A stretch of DNA of 64,000 nucleotides from Sedimenticola sp. (GCA_026196795.1 JAPHUE010000058.1:7745-71744), one strand, 5' to 3'; numbered from the stretch's first letter, positions 1-10,460 are shown. Numbers and translations are program-made. The notes: generated by a model not told the origin, from the letters alone.

Positions 1-1265
1 TCGGACTGTTGAGAATTCTGTCGGGATGCATCACTCTTTGTTGTGTCAGCAGGAGTCTCTTTATCTGACCAGTTTGGCAGGACATCCGGGATGCAGGGAA
101 TCTCAGCCATACTGATGTCGTCATCCTGTGGGGCATCCTGACAGAATAGGGCTAAAGCTTTGGCAACACTTGCTAATGCTGTGTCCCCAGCCTCATGGTG
201 TTGAATTGCGGATTCAAAGCGTTCACGACCGAAATAGGTGTTTTCGGAATTGCGTGCCTCTGTAACACCATCACTCACCAGCAGAATTCGGTCGCCTAGC
301 GTTATATCTATTCGATCAAAAAGATCTTGATACTCGATATCGGGTGCGATACCGAGCGGTAAACTGTTGGAGCTTATACGTTGCTTTATCTGGCCTGTTG
401 TACCATCAAGTAACAGCACATCAGGCATTCCACAATTTATAACTTTTACATATTCAAGATTTTTGCTAATGGAGATGAACTGTACTGCGAAAAACATACC
501 TGTTGGGAGAAGGGTATACAGTTTTTTATTGATTCCAGCGATGATTTGGTGTGGTGTAAAGCCTTTTGCTGTCATAGCCCTGAAGACTTCTGACGCGGGC
601 AGTGCACCCAAAGCAGCCGCAAGGCCATGTCCAGTAAAGTCACCAAGAAGTATGTGTGTATCACTGGAAGGCGCATGTGCCGTTAATAAAACATCACCAC
701 TAAATTGTTCGGCAGGCCTGAGTATGGTTTGAATGCAATCCAGTTTTATATTGTCCGCAACAACGGCACCGTTAAAAACGGTTTCAGCCATTTCCTGGTC
801 CATTTTCATCTGACCGTATAGGCGCATCATCTCAAGATGCAATTTTCTGATGCGTTCCATTGATCTGACTTTTGCTTTAAGAACAGTAGTCGATACCGGT
901 TTGCTCAGAAAATCATGTCCGCCTACTTCAATGCACTTTGCCAGGGCATTTTCATCGGTTAGTGCAGTTAAAAACAGAATGGGAATGAACTGGGCTTCAG
1001 CCTGTTTTTGAATTTGTGTTACAGCCTCATACCCATCCATGACCGGCATGATGACATCCATGAAAATGATGTCAGGGGGATTGGCCTGGAATGCGTTAAT
1101 GGCTTCTAAGCCGTTTTCAGCCTCGATAACACTGTAGCCATCGTCTTCCAGAAAGACACGTAAAAACTCACGATTAGTTATCTCATCATCAACTACTAGG
1201 GCGATGGGTTTGGTTTGGTTTTTTCCAAAACGTCTGGCTGCATCTGAGTTAGATGTGCGGGTCAT
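1..1265 (-). CDS. Response regulator receiver + SpoIIE/PP2C phosphatase fusion (3' end runs off the window)
   Basis: Not in the ORF track; translated by hand from ATG 1265: MTRTSNSD..ALVVDDEITNREFL..PPDIIFMDVIMPVMDGYEA (REC domain), then LGDFTGHGLAAALGALP and ILLVSDGVTEA (PP2C motifs). Confidence 0.88.
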   Translation of the reverse strand, partial: MTRTSNSDAARRFGKNQTKPIALVVDDEITNREFLRVFLEDDGYSVIEAENGLEAINAFQANPPDIIFMDVIMPVMDGYEAVTQIQKQAEAQFIPILFLTALTDENALAKCIEVGGHDFLSKPVSTTVLKAKVRSMERIRKLHLEMMRLYGQMKMDQEMAETVFNGAVVADNIKLDCIQTILRPAEQFSGDVLLTAHAPSSDTHILLGDFTGHGLAAALGALPASEVFRAMTAKGFTPHQIIAGINKKLYTLLPTGMFFAVQFISISKNLEYVKVINCGMPDVLLLDGTTGQIKQRISSNSLPLGIAPDIEYQDLFDRIDITLGDRILLVSDGVTEARNSENTYFGRERFESAIQHHEAGDTALASVAKALALFCQDAPQDDDISMAEIPCIPDVLPNWSDKETPADTTKSDASRQNSQQS

Positions 1266-1426
1266 GAGTCGCTACCTTCGACCTAAAATTATCTAAGGAT
1301 ATTTCATTGGTTCTTGAGTTTGTAGCGGCCGCTTTTTACTAATCTTAAAAAGGTGTTACTGACCTTGTGCGGAAATATGTTGTATCAGCTGAGAGGTGTT
1401 GAGATTCCTAATGGCGTAGTACAGAC

Positions 1427-1858
1427 TTAACTGCCGCTATGGGCTATGAGCGTATCAGAGGTGACGCCTGCAGCAAGCAGTTCTGTATGAATGTAGGGTC
1501 GCCGGCGATCCTGTCTTCTCTGATCAGTAATAGGCTGAGTCGGCGACATGCGTCGGCGATCACGTTTTATGGAGCGACGGAAAAATTTCCGCACCTCAAC
1601 CTTTTTGGATTTGAAAAACTCGCCATTGAGTTGCTTGATGACATTTATTGCGGCTGATGGGGGTTCGATCTGAACGATGCCATGGTATTCGACTTGGTTG
1701 TTGTGAGGATCCTCTATTCGACATATATCGCAGTGCATCAGATTCCCAACCGGGGAAAACTGTAGAAGGTACCATCTCGGTTTGAGAGCGCTTGATATAA
1801 ACTGCATGAGATCAAGGCGAGTAGTAGAGTTGGGTAATCTTCGTATGAAAACTTCCAT
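1427..1858 (-). CDS. RRM-like RNA-binding protein with Arg-rich C-terminal tail
   Basis: MEVFIRRLP (RNP2-like); YHGIVQI..AAINVIKQLNGEFFKSKKVEVRKF (RNP1/helix 2/beta 4 pattern); tail RDRRR..QRRQDRRR. Confidence 0.7.
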   Translation of the reverse strand: MEVFIRRLPNSTTRLDLMQFISSALKPRWYLLQFSPVGNLMHCDICRIEDPHNNQVEYHGIVQIEPPSAAINVIKQLNGEFFKSKKVEVRKFFRRSIKRDRRRMSPTQPITDQRRQDRRRPYIHTELLAAGVTSDTLIAHSGS

Positions 1859-2053
1859 GATCTGATACCTACGTAATATAAGCCTGCTTAAATGCCATTA
1901 ACTGCAGAATATAAATAAGATCTTCCCGGGGTTGTCCACAAAAACATACCCATTCTATATATCACTTATAAAATATAGCACTTTATAATCTGTTTTTACT
2001 AGATATTAATGTGATGTGCCTTCCTGTGCTTGATAACACATTGTTTATTAAAT

Positions 2054-2088
2054 AAAAAACGGCTATGCAGAAGACTGCATAGCCGTTT
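2054..2088 (-). terminator. Intrinsic terminator of hppA
   Basis: Perfect 14-bp stem AAACGGCTATGCAG / CTGCATAGCCGTTT with a 4-nt loop and a T-run on the minus strand, just past the hppA stop. Confidence 0.85.
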
Positions 2089-2126
2089 GTTGGTACTGTC
2101 AGGTTTTTATAGACAGTCTGGCGTTA

Positions 2127-4133
2127 CTATCCCAACAGTGGGGCAATAACCAGGCTAACAATTGCCATAACATTAATCAGGATGTTCATTGAAGGACCTG
2201 AAGTATCCTTGAAGGGATCACCAACGGTATCGCCAACAACAGCGGCTTTGTGGACGTCAGAACCCTTGCCGCCAAAGTTACCTTTTTCAATGTACTTTTT
2301 AGCATTGTCCCAAGCTCCACCAGCATTAGCCATCATGAGTGCCAAAAGGACACAGGAGAGTAAAGCACCGCCAAGCATGCCACCGAGTGCCTCGGCACCC
2401 ATGATGAAGCCAATTACCATGGGTGATGCAACGGCAATAACGCCGGGAAGAATCATCTTTTTTAACGCAGCAGTTGTTGCAATATCAACACAACGGGCGC
2501 TGTCCGGATCGGCTGTTCCCTCCATAAGTCCGGGTATCTCTTTGAACTGCCGGCGGATCTCTTTAATCATGTCAAATGCGGCGTCACCTACTGCCGTCAT
2601 GGTGATAGCTGCAATCAGGAATGGCAGCATGCCACCAATAAAGAGGCCAATAAGTACCGTTGGATTGCTCAACTCCAAAGAGAAGTTGGGAATATTGGCT
2701 GAGACCGTTTCAACATAGGCCGTGATGATTGCCAATGCGGCTAGGGCCGCAGCGCCTATGGCAAAGCCTTTGCCAATAGCTGCCGTAGTATTACCAAGCT
2801 CATCCAGCGAATCGGTAATGGCACGTGTCTCCGGACCCAATCCACCCATCTCGGCAATACCACCGGCATTATCGGCTACGGGTCCGTACGCATCGATGGC
2901 CATGGTAATACCAACAGTTGCCAGCATACCGACAGCTGCGATACCTACACCATACAAGCCTACAAGGGAGCTGGAGACAAAGATAATGGCACAGATGGTG
3001 ATAATTGGAATCACCACCGACTGCATTCCTACGGCAAGTCCGGTGATCATCACAGTAGCAGGCCCGGTTTCACCAGACTTGGCAATATCTTTGACTGGTT
3101 TTCCGGCTGTGTAATATTCCGTCACCAAGCCAATAATGATGCCGCCTACAGCACCAGACAGTACCGCACCCCATACCGCAGCAGACGCACCAAGAAGTTT
3201 GATGACAACGAAAGAGGTAATAATGAAGAGAACGGTTGCACCGATGGTGCCAATTCGGAGTGCGACTTCAGGGCTTTTTGCCGAGTACTTGCGAACTAGC
3301 AAGATACCCATGATGGAACAGATCAACCCGAGGGATGCCAGTCCCAGAGGCAGGAACATCAGATCAGCCCGCGCGCCAAGTGGATCCAGAGCATCGGCAG
3401 CCATGGTTGATGCAATGGCAATCGTTGCGATCATTGATCCGCAGTAGGATTCGAAAATATCCGATCCCATACCCGCGACATCACCTACGTTATCACCTAC
3501 ATTGTCAGCAATAACACCTGGGTTACGTGGGTCATCTTCAGGAATTCCAGCTTCAATCTTACCGACAAGATCTGCCCCTACATCGGCCGATTTTGTGAAG
3601 ATGCCACCGCCTACACGAGAGAAGAGCGCTACAACAGAGGCGCCCATACCGAAGCCATGAATTGCATGAGCTGTTTCTGGATCACCGCCAAAAAAGAGAT
3701 AAAGGGTGCCTAGTCCCAAAAGCCCCATGGACGCAACAGACAGGCCCATGATGGAGCCGCCGAAGAACGCGATACTGAGTGCTTCTGAGGCCCCTTTCTC
3801 ATGAGCTGCAGTGGTTGTTCTGACATTGGCCTGGGTGGCAGAGAACATGCCGATATAGCCAGCGAATGCTGAGGCACAGGCACCCACAACAAAGGCAAGG
3901 GCTGTTTTTATACCCAATAGAAACAGGAGCAGAATAAACAGGACAGCAGCGAAACTTGCCATCATTTTATATTCACGGCGCATGAAGACCATGGCGCCTT
4001 CATGGATGGCTTCGGCAATTTTGGTTACTTTCTCTCCGCCAGTCTCATATTGCATGACCAGCTGATAGATTTTGTAGGCCGAAAAGAGTCCCAGTATCCC
4101 CAAGAATGGTGGTATTAATGTGCTTAAACTCAT
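2127..4133 (-). CDS. hppA: K+-dependent membrane pyrophosphatase (probably Na+-translocating)
   Basis: [26 protein letters not shown] and [10 protein letters not shown] motifs; GNTTAA (Ala indicates the K+-dependent type); DIFESY. Confidence 0.95.
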   Translation of the reverse strand: MSLSTLIPPFLGILGLFSAYKIYQLVMQYETGGEKVTKIAEAIHEGAMVFMRREYKMMASFAAVLFILLLFLLGIKTALAFVVGACASAFAGYIGMFSATQANVRTTTAAHEKGASEALSIAFFGGSIMGLSVASMGLLGLGTLYLFFGGDPETAHAIHGFGMGASVVALFSRVGGGIFTKSADVGADLVGKIEAGIPEDDPRNPGVIADNVGDNVGDVAGMGSDIFESYCGSMIATIAIASTMAADALDPLGARADLMFLPLGLASLGLICSIMGILLVRKYSAKSPEVALRIGTIGATVLFIITSFVVIKLLGASAAVWGAVLSGAVGGIIIGLVTEYYTAGKPVKDIAKSGETGPATVMITGLAVGMQSVVIPIITICAIIFVSSSLVGLYGVGIAAVGMLATVGITMAIDAYGPVADNAGGIAEMGGLGPETRAITDSLDELGNTTAAIGKGFAIGAAALAALAIITAYVETVSANIPNFSLELSNPTVLIGLFIGGMLPFLIAAITMTAVGDAAFDMIKEIRRQFKEIPGLMEGTADPDSARCVDIATTAALKKMILPGVIAVASPMVIGFIMGAEALGGMLGGALLSCVLLALMMANAGGAWDNAKKYIEKGNFGGKGSDVHKAAVVGDTVGDPFKDTSGPSMNILINVMAIVSLVIAPLLG

Positions 4134-4440
4134 CTATCCCCTCGATTTTTTTTAGTATTAAATAAAAATGACCGCCCGGGTTATACAACTATTAAGCAAT
4201 GTTAACCCTAAGGAAGACAGTCCTGAAATGGGTGTTCTATAGCGTTTAGACGGCACTGCATAAGGTTTAGATTAAATAAAATACTCAAATGACATTATCA
4301 ATAAATGCGATTAATGAGTATATCCGAATCAAGGAGCATTAACAGTCCCCCAGTGGACTCAGGTCGAAAAAGATTGCTATAGGTCAAATAAGTGGCATGC
4401 GACGGGCTTTTGGAAAAAGAGGGTATACGGCGGGTTAAAT

Positions 4441-4466
4441 ATCGGGAGGGTGCGTTCCCTCCCGAT
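4441..4466 (-). terminator. Hairpin/terminator downstream of bluB
   Basis: 10-bp stem ATCGGGAGGG / CCCTCCCGAT, 12 nt past the bluB stop; short U-tail. Confidence 0.6.
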
Positions 4467-4478
4467 TGTCTATTTTAT

Positions 4479-5213
4479 CTAGTAGGCAGCTTGGCTGAGA
4501 TGGCTAATCAAGCCTTTTTCATTTTCAGCGTGGTTGTTTTCCCATTGATCGAAAAACACCAGATCCTGAAGGGGTAAACGATCCAGCCAGCCTGCTGTTT
4601 TGAGCTCAGGTTCCTTGAAGAAGTGATCGACATATCCGATACAGAGATAGGCGACCGGCGTAACCTGTGAGGGCAGATTTAAGCACTTTTTCAGTTCCAG
4701 TCGATCAAAAATACTAACCCATCCGACTCCCAGGCCCTCTGCGCGAGCAGCCAGCCAGAGATTCTGTACCGCACAAACGCTGCTGTAGACATCCATGGCC
4801 ATGTCATGTGTTCGGCCGATTACCGTGGGTCCTGCGCGTTCCCGGTCACAGGTAATAACCAGGTTGAGTGGGGATTCCAATATCCCTTCCAGCTTTAGAG
4901 TGCGATAAGTTTGTCTCTGCTCTTCCTGTTTAAACATCTGGCCCGCTTCTTGATTGGCCTGTTTAAACAGATCATGAACTTTTTGCTTGATCTCCTGTGA
5001 GCGAATCAGCAGGAAATTCCATGGCTGCATGAAACCGACTGACGGGGCATGGTGGGCAGCCTGTAGAATACGTGCCAGCACATCATCTGGGATGGGGTCT
5101 GGTTTGAATTGCCCTCTGACATCACGTCGAGTGTAAATGGTTTTATAGACGGCCTGACGTTCAGCCTCGCTGAACTGGTGATCAGGCTGGTGGTTTGTTT
5201 CTGGATTTTCCAT
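4479..5213 (-). CDS. bluB: 5,6-dimethylbenzimidazole synthase
   Basis: RRDVRGQF, AHHAPSVGFMQPWNF, LKLEGI, AVQNLWLAARAEGLGVGWVS; sits in a cob gene context. Confidence 0.95.
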   Translation of the reverse strand: MENPETNHQPDHQFSEAERQAVYKTIYTRRDVRGQFKPDPIPDDVLARILQAAHHAPSVGFMQPWNFLLIRSQEIKQKVHDLFKQANQEAGQMFKQEEQRQTYRTLKLEGILESPLNLVITCDRERAGPTVIGRTHDMAMDVYSSVCAVQNLWLAARAEGLGVGWVSIFDRLELKKCLNLPSQVTPVAYLCIGYVDHFFKEPELKTAGWLDRLPLQDLVFFDQWENNHAENEKGLISHLSQAAY

Positions 5214-5269
5214 GGTAGTCCCCTTATGTGGAAAACCGGAGATACTTGACCAGGTATCTCGCTAAAGTT

Positions 5270-5455
5270 GTACTTCAGGCCGGTCTTCTGACTCAGGGTC
5301 AACTTATACAGGTACCTTCCCGGACCAAGTCCAGTGGCTGATACCGCTTTAATGCGGATCTACCTGAATAATCACCATTACAGCGTTGGGCACGTAGCGG
5401 AATTTCACCGCTTTCCCGATTCTCCCGCCTTTGTTCGGCAGGCACCTGAAGTGTG
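5270..5455 (-). ncRNA. Cobalamin riboswitch (AdoCbl class) upstream of bluB
   Basis: Minus strand reads CTTCAGGTG..ATCGGGAAAGCGGTGAAATTCCGCTACGTGCCCAACGCTGTAA..GCCACTGGACTTGGTCCGGGAAGG..GAGTCAGAAGACCGGCCTGAAG: the B12-box, conserved core and a closing P1 helix. Confidence 0.93.
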
Positions 5456-5551
5456 ATAAAGCATGAATAATACATGTTTTGCTTTTAAAGTTTACCTTCG
5501 AATCATTGAACCTCATAATGTGCGTTTGTTAATTCGGTAGGTAAAGGACGA

Positions 5552-6079
5552 TTGAAACAGCTTATCTTAGGTGGCGCACGATCGGGAAAAAGTGCTTTGG
5601 CTGAACGTTTGGCCACTGACGCCGCGGAACATGTGATTTATATCGCAACGGCCACTCGAAATGCTGATGATCCTGAAATGCTGGACCGGATACGGCAGCA
5701 CCGTGATAGACGTCCCTCGACCTGGAAACTGATTGAAGAACCACTCAACCTGTCAGTGGTTATTCAGCAGAATCAAGGCGAGGGACAATGCCTGATTGTT
5801 GATTGTCTGACGCTCTGGTTATCCAACTTGCTGCTCCACGATGAGGGGAAACAGTTCCATACCCAAACGGCCGCTCTGTTTTCCGTGTTACCTGAGTATC
5901 AAGGTGATCTGATTCTGGTAGGTAATGAGGTCGGTATGGGAATAGTACCGATGGGTGAGTTATCACGACGTTTCCAGGATGAGTCTGGACGGTTACATCA
6001 GCAAATCGCAGCACTCTGTGACCGGGTTGTTTTCACTGTGGCAGGTTTGCCGCTTGTAATGAAAGGGGAAGGGTTTTGA
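5552..6079 (+). CDS. cobU: Adenosylcobinamide kinase / guanylyltransferase
   Basis: LGGARSGKS P-loop, RIRQHRDRRP, VDCLTLWLSN, NEVGMGIVP. Confidence 0.95.
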   Translation: MKQLILGGARSGKSALAERLATDAAEHVIYIATATRNADDPEMLDRIRQHRDRRPSTWKLIEEPLNLSVVIQQNQGEGQCLIVDCLTLWLSNLLLHDEGKQFHTQTAALFSVLPEYQGDLILVGNEVGMGIVPMGELSRRFQDESGRLHQQIAALCDRVVFTVAGLPLVMKGEGF

Positions 6080-7125
6080 AACCAGATTGGTTAGGCGATT
6101 CTGTAAAGTTACCGGATCAAACTATTGCAAATCGTGCTTTAGCAAGACAGTCACAATTAACCAAGCCACCAGGCTCATTAGGGGTGTTGGAAGAGTTAGC
6201 AATCCAACTGAGTTCTCTGCAGCGATCGGAAACACCCGCAGCTGATAAGGTACAGATCGCTATCTTTGCTGCAGATCATGGTGTGGCTGCTGCAGGTGTT
6301 TCAGCATTCCCACAAGAGGTTACTGTGCAGATGATCGCTAACTTCTCTGCAGGAGGCGCCGCCATCAGTGTGTTAGCCAAATCACTCCAGGCTGATCTGG
6401 ATGTGATCGATGTTGGAACGGTTGTTGAGCCGGGCAAACTTCCAGGCGTGATCAGTCGACGTGCCGGTGCCGGTACAGCTAATCTACAAGTTAAAGATGC
6501 AATGGATGAAGCTCAGCTTGTTGTTGCATTAAATGCCGGACGGGAGGCAGCTCTTAGGGCTAAGGAACGGTCTGTTGATCTGTTTATCGGTGGTGATATG
6601 GGCATTGGCAATACAACGCCTGCCGCAGCATTGGGGTGCGTGCTCCTGGATGCTGACCCAAGCCAACTGGCCGGTCCCGGTACCGGGTTGGATAGTAAGG
6701 GTGTTGCTCATAAGGCCAACGTGATACGTGAGGCACTATCTCGTTATGACAATCTGGCTACTCAGCCATTGGAAGCTTTGCGCTGCCTAGGTGGCTTTGA
6801 GATTGCGGCATTGACTGGGGCCTATATCAGCTGTGCTCAATTGGGCATTCCCGTGTTAGTGGATGGCTATATTACAACCGCTGCGGCACTAGTGGCAGTT
6901 AAACACCAGCCTGAGATTCGTGAATGGCTGATTTATTCACATCAGTCGGCTGAACCGGGTCATCAGGCTATGCTGAAAGCACTGGATGCCAAGCCCTTAT
7001 TGAACCTGGGAATGCGCCTGGGCGAGGGGAGTGGTGCTGCGACCGCAGTTCCTTTGCTAAGAGCCGCCTGTACTCTCCACAATAACATGGCAACCTTTGC
7101 CGATGCGGGTGTGGCAGAAGGTTGA
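6076..7125 (+). CDS. cobT: Nicotinate-nucleotide-dimethylbenzimidazole phosphoribosyltransferase
   Basis: LTKPPGSLG, FAADHG, GDMGIGNTT, MRLGEGSGA. Confidence 0.95.
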   Translation: MKPDWLGDSVKLPDQTIANRALARQSQLTKPPGSLGVLEELAIQLSSLQRSETPAADKVQIAIFAADHGVAAAGVSAFPQEVTVQMIANFSAGGAAISVLAKSLQADLDVIDVGTVVEPGKLPGVISRRAGAGTANLQVKDAMDEAQLVVALNAGREAALRAKERSVDLFIGGDMGIGNTTPAAALGCVLLDADPSQLAGPGTGLDSKGVAHKANVIREALSRYDNLATQPLEALRCLGGFEIAALTGAYISCAQLGIPVLVDGYITTAAALVAVKHQPEIREWLIYSHQSAEPGHQAMLKALDAKPLLNLGMRLGEGSGAATAVPLLRAACTLHNNMATFADAGVAEG

Positions 7126-7154
7126 TTGTGTCACAAACCGAAGCGAGATAACTA

Positions 7155-7748
7155 TTGCAGACAACAACGATAGACATCATAAGACATGGTGAGCCAGTAG
7201 GCGGAACACTTTTCAGGGGCTGGCGAGATGATCCGCTAAGCCCAGAGGGCTGGGAGCAGATGCGCCATGCAACCCGAGCGACGCCACCCTGGGAATTAAT
7301 AATCAGCTCTCCCTTATCACGCTGTGCCCATTTTGCTGATGAGTTAAGCCAGCGACTTGGCATACCCCTGGAACAAGATAAGCGTCTTATGGAGATCGGT
7401 TTTGGTGATTGGGAAGGTCGAACGCCCGAAGCACTATTTGAAGAGTCACCTAACACCCTCAATGCTTTCTGGCAGAATCCGGTGGATAATCCGCCTCCTG
7501 GTGGAGAACCGATGGTTCTGTTTCAATCCCGTGTTGAATCTGCGTGGCAGGATATTCAGATACATCACAAAGGAAAACATCTATTGATTGTGGCCCATGG
7601 TGGGGTTAATCGATTGATTGTTGGTAAAGTTCTAGGTATATCACAAAGCCATCTGTTCAGGATGGAGTGGCCGTTTGCCGCCGTTAGTCGTATTCGCTTG
7701 GATGAAGGTTATCCTCGGTTGATTTTTCATTGCGGATCAGTCGGCTAA
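7155..7748 (+). CDS. cobC: Alpha-ribazole phosphatase (histidine phosphatase family)
   Basis: RHGE, SSPLSRC, EIGFGDWEG, VAHGGV; lies between cobT and cobS. Confidence 0.85.
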   Translation: MQTTTIDIIRHGEPVGGTLFRGWRDDPLSPEGWEQMRHATRATPPWELIISSPLSRCAHFADELSQRLGIPLEQDKRLMEIGFGDWEGRTPEALFEESPNTLNAFWQNPVDNPPPGGEPMVLFQSRVESAWQDIQIHHKGKHLLIVAHGGVNRLIVGKVLGISQSHLFRMEWPFAAVSRIRLDEGYPRLIFHCGSVG

Positions 7749-7805
7749 AGATTACCTTGATTAAGCTTTTTCACTTCTGTTGCTCAGGATAATTCCCTCT
7801 TGCCG

Positions 7806-8546
7806 ATGTTCAAATCATTCTATTACGCCTTAGGGTTTCTTACCCGTTTACCTGTACCCGATATGGAGTCACTTCCGAGTGAGCGTGAGCAAGGCGATAG
7901 TGTACTTTTCTACCCCTTGGTTGGGCTGGTCATTGGTCTTGTTTTAACTGCCACGGCTTATCTATTGAACACGGTTGAGCCGTTGCTCACCGCTGCCATT
8001 CTTCTCGCCATATGGGTTGCAATAACGGGAGGCCTTCACATTGATGGGCTTGCGGACGTAGCGGATGCCTGGGTGGGTGGGCAAGGTGATCGTGAACGAA
8101 CCCTTGCGATTATGAAGGACCCTACCTGCGGGCCAATTGCTGTTGCTGGCGTTGTCGTTCTGCTCATTCTGAAATTAGCGGGATTGCATGCCATACTGAC
8201 GGACGCTCATTGGACTGTTTTATTGCTGGTTCCCATCATTGGTCGTGGGGCATTAATTGCGAGCTTTCTCTATATTCCCTATGTTCGTGTAGACGGCCTG
8301 GGTGCTGTTCTGGCCAATAACTTATCAAGACCCGCTGCAAAGAAGGTCTTGCTGATTTTAATCCTGTGTTGTTTTTTGATCTGGAGCTGGAATGCAGTGT
8401 GGATTGTTGCAGGGTGTAGCTTCATCTTTTATTTGATTAGATCGTCGGTTTTAAAACGGATAAATGGACAAACAGGTGACGTGGCTGGAACAATCTGTGA
8501 GCTGATTGAAACAACGGCACTGATCCTTGCCGCTATTGTTTTATGA
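7806..8546 (+). CDS. cobS: Adenosylcobinamide-GDP ribazoletransferase (cobalamin synthase)
   Basis: FLTRLP, TGGLHIDGLADVAD, IMKDP, GQTGDVAG; multi-TM protein. Confidence 0.95.
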   Translation: MFKSFYYALGFLTRLPVPDMESLPSEREQGDSVLFYPLVGLVIGLVLTATAYLLNTVEPLLTAAILLAIWVAITGGLHIDGLADVADAWVGGQGDRERTLAIMKDPTCGPIAVAGVVVLLILKLAGLHAILTDAHWTVLLLVPIIGRGALIASFLYIPYVRVDGLGAVLANNLSRPAAKKVLLILILCCFLIWSWNAVWIVAGCSFIFYLIRSSVLKRINGQTGDVAGTICELIETTALILAAIVL

Positions 8547-9445
8547 GTATGATCGTACTTGTTGGGGCTATTCTGCTCGACCAGTTAATAGGTGAACCAA
8601 AAAAATGGCATCCGCTGATTGGGTTTGGCTGGTTAGCTCATCATCTGGAAGTATTTCTTAATGGCGATGCCAAATCATTCATGCGCCTAAGAGGGGTGTT
8701 TGCTGTTTCCCTCCTGGTGATACCGATTACCCTGATAGTGGTTGCTCTACAAAATTTACTGGGACTGATTGTCGATTTTTTTGTGATCTATCTGGCTATA
8801 GGTGCCAAGAGTCTGGCTCAGCACGGGCGAAGGGTGATTGCGGCACTGAGGTGCGATGATATTGTCCAGTCAAGAGCTTCTGTAAGCCGAATTGTCAGCC
8901 GGGATTGTGATGCAATGAATCCTCCTGAAATTGCAGCAGCAACCATTGAATCGCTACTCGAGAATGGGGCTGATGCCATTTTTGGCGTGATATTTTGGTA
9001 TCTTGTTGCTGGCGTGCCTGGTGTCATTGTCTACCGTCTGGTAAATACACTTGATGCCATGTGGGGCTATCGAACAGCAAGATATCAGACGTTTGGCTGG
9101 TTTGCTGCACGGCTGGATGATGTCATGAACTGGCTACCGGCACGCTTAACTGCCATAAGCTATGCCATAGCTGGCAACTGGCGAACTGGGTTTTATTGTT
9201 GGAGCGCCCAGGCCAAATTGTTGGAGAGTCCAAATGGGGGTGTAGTCATGAGCTGCGGTGCTGGAGCGCTCGGGTTGAAGTTAGGTGGCCCCTGTTTCTA
9301 TCATGGTCAAATTAACCAAAAGTGTTGGTTTGGCCAAGGGGCAACTCCTTGTACCGGTGATATATACCGGGCGCTAGACCTTGTTCATGAAAGTCTCTTT
9401 ATCTGGATGTTGGTCATTGTTGCTGGAGGCTTGTTTTTTGCTTGA
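8543..9445 (+). CDS. cbiB: Adenosylcobinamide-phosphate synthase
   Basis: GEP..WHP, IVSRD, ESLLENGAD, YRLVNTLDAMWGY, ARLDD. Confidence 0.95.
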   Translation: MSMIVLVGAILLDQLIGEPKKWHPLIGFGWLAHHLEVFLNGDAKSFMRLRGVFAVSLLVIPITLIVVALQNLLGLIVDFFVIYLAIGAKSLAQHGRRVIAALRCDDIVQSRASVSRIVSRDCDAMNPPEIAAATIESLLENGADAIFGVIFWYLVAGVPGVIVYRLVNTLDAMWGYRTARYQTFGWFAARLDDVMNWLPARLTAISYAIAGNWRTGFYCWSAQAKLLESPNGGVVMSCGAGALGLKLGGPCFYHGQINQKCWFGQGATPCTGDIYRALDLVHESLFIWMLVIVAGGLFFA

Positions 9446-10427
9446 ACACGGAGGGAGACTACGAATTGCGGCTCAGGAGAGGGGGATACCTTTAGCTGAC
9501 TGGCTCGATCTTTCTACAGGGATTAACCCTTTTGGCTGGAAACCACCCGCTGTACCAGACTCGGTCTGGCAGCGATTACCTGAAGAGGAGGATGGCCTGG
9601 AAGAGGCGGCAACCAGTTATTATGGGTGCGGCAATCTCCTGCCGGTCCCAGGCTCACAATCGGCTATTCAGGCACTTCCCCATCTTCGAGCCAAGCGTAT
9701 TGTCGGCGTGGTACATCCTATCTATCAGGAGCATCCACAGGCCTGGCGAGAACAGGGCCATCAGATTCTGGAATTTTCTTTCAGTGAGGTCGATGATTAC
9801 CTCAAACAGCTGGACGTCTTGATTCTATGCAATCCAAATAACCCTGATGGCCGGCTCATTCCCAAATCTTTGCTTCTCAGCTGGGCTGGCATTTTGGCAG
9901 AAAAAGGTGGGTGGTTAATTGTTGATGAGGCATTTATGGACGCCTTACCGAATGAGCATTCATTACTGGATAATGTGGGACACCCTGGGCTTATTATCCT
10001 TAGATCACTAGGAAAGTTTTTTGGTCTGGCTGGTGCAAGAGTAGGCTTTGTAATGGGTGAAAGATCAATACTGGATAGGCTTAAAGCGTCTATTGGTCCG
10101 TGGCCTATATCGGGGCCATCGAGATGGATAGCCTGCCAAGCACTCATGGATAGAGCTTGGCAAAAGATAATGAGAATAACCTTAGATGAACAGGCTGTTC
10201 GAGCACAAAAGTTGTTGAGAACAGCTGGATTTAGTTGTAACGGCGAAGCACTACTCTTTCAGTTTATTGAATGTCCTGATTCTGAGTCCGTTAGAGAAGC
10301 GTTTTTAACTCATGCGATCTTGATACGGCATTTTTCAGGGCTTGGGGCTATTCGGCTCGGTTTGCCTGGTAATGTATCTGATTGGCTTCGGCTTGAAGCA
10401 GTCATTCATCAATTGAATAACAGTTGA
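9438..10427 (+). CDS. cobD: L-threonine-O-3-phosphate decarboxylase
   Basis: Probable TTG start giving MLEHGG; DLSTGINP, CNPNNPDG, VDEAFMD, LRSLGKFFGLAGARVG (PLP lysine). Confidence 0.92.
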   Translation: MLEHGGRLRIAAQERGIPLADWLDLSTGINPFGWKPPAVPDSVWQRLPEEEDGLEEAATSYYGCGNLLPVPGSQSAIQALPHLRAKRIVGVVHPIYQEHPQAWREQGHQILEFSFSEVDDYLKQLDVLILCNPNNPDGRLIPKSLLLSWAGILAEKGGWLIVDEAFMDALPNEHSLLDNVGHPGLIILRSLGKFFGLAGARVGFVMGERSILDRLKASIGPWPISGPSRWIACQALMDRAWQKIMRITLDEQAVRAQKLLRTAGFSCNGEALLFQFIECPDSESVREAFLTHAILIRHFSGLGAIRLGLPGNVSDWLRLEAVIHQLNNS

Positions 10428-10443
10428 TATATTCAGGAAAATC

Positions 10444-10460
10444 TGTCGAATTTCTTTACA
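10444..10460 (+). promoter_or_regulatory. Putative PrsR enhancer (TGTCGA-N5-TTTACA)
   Basis: TGTCGAATTTCTTTACA lies 52 nt upstream of a sigma54 site; the same motif recurs at 42521-42537. Confidence 0.65.

Noticed and set aside
2182-3447. Long plus-strand ORFs opposite hppA, and similar antisense ORFs over prsR, fadH, E1, aguA and rne
   Set aside because: Shadow frames of well-supported genes, with no motifs of their own
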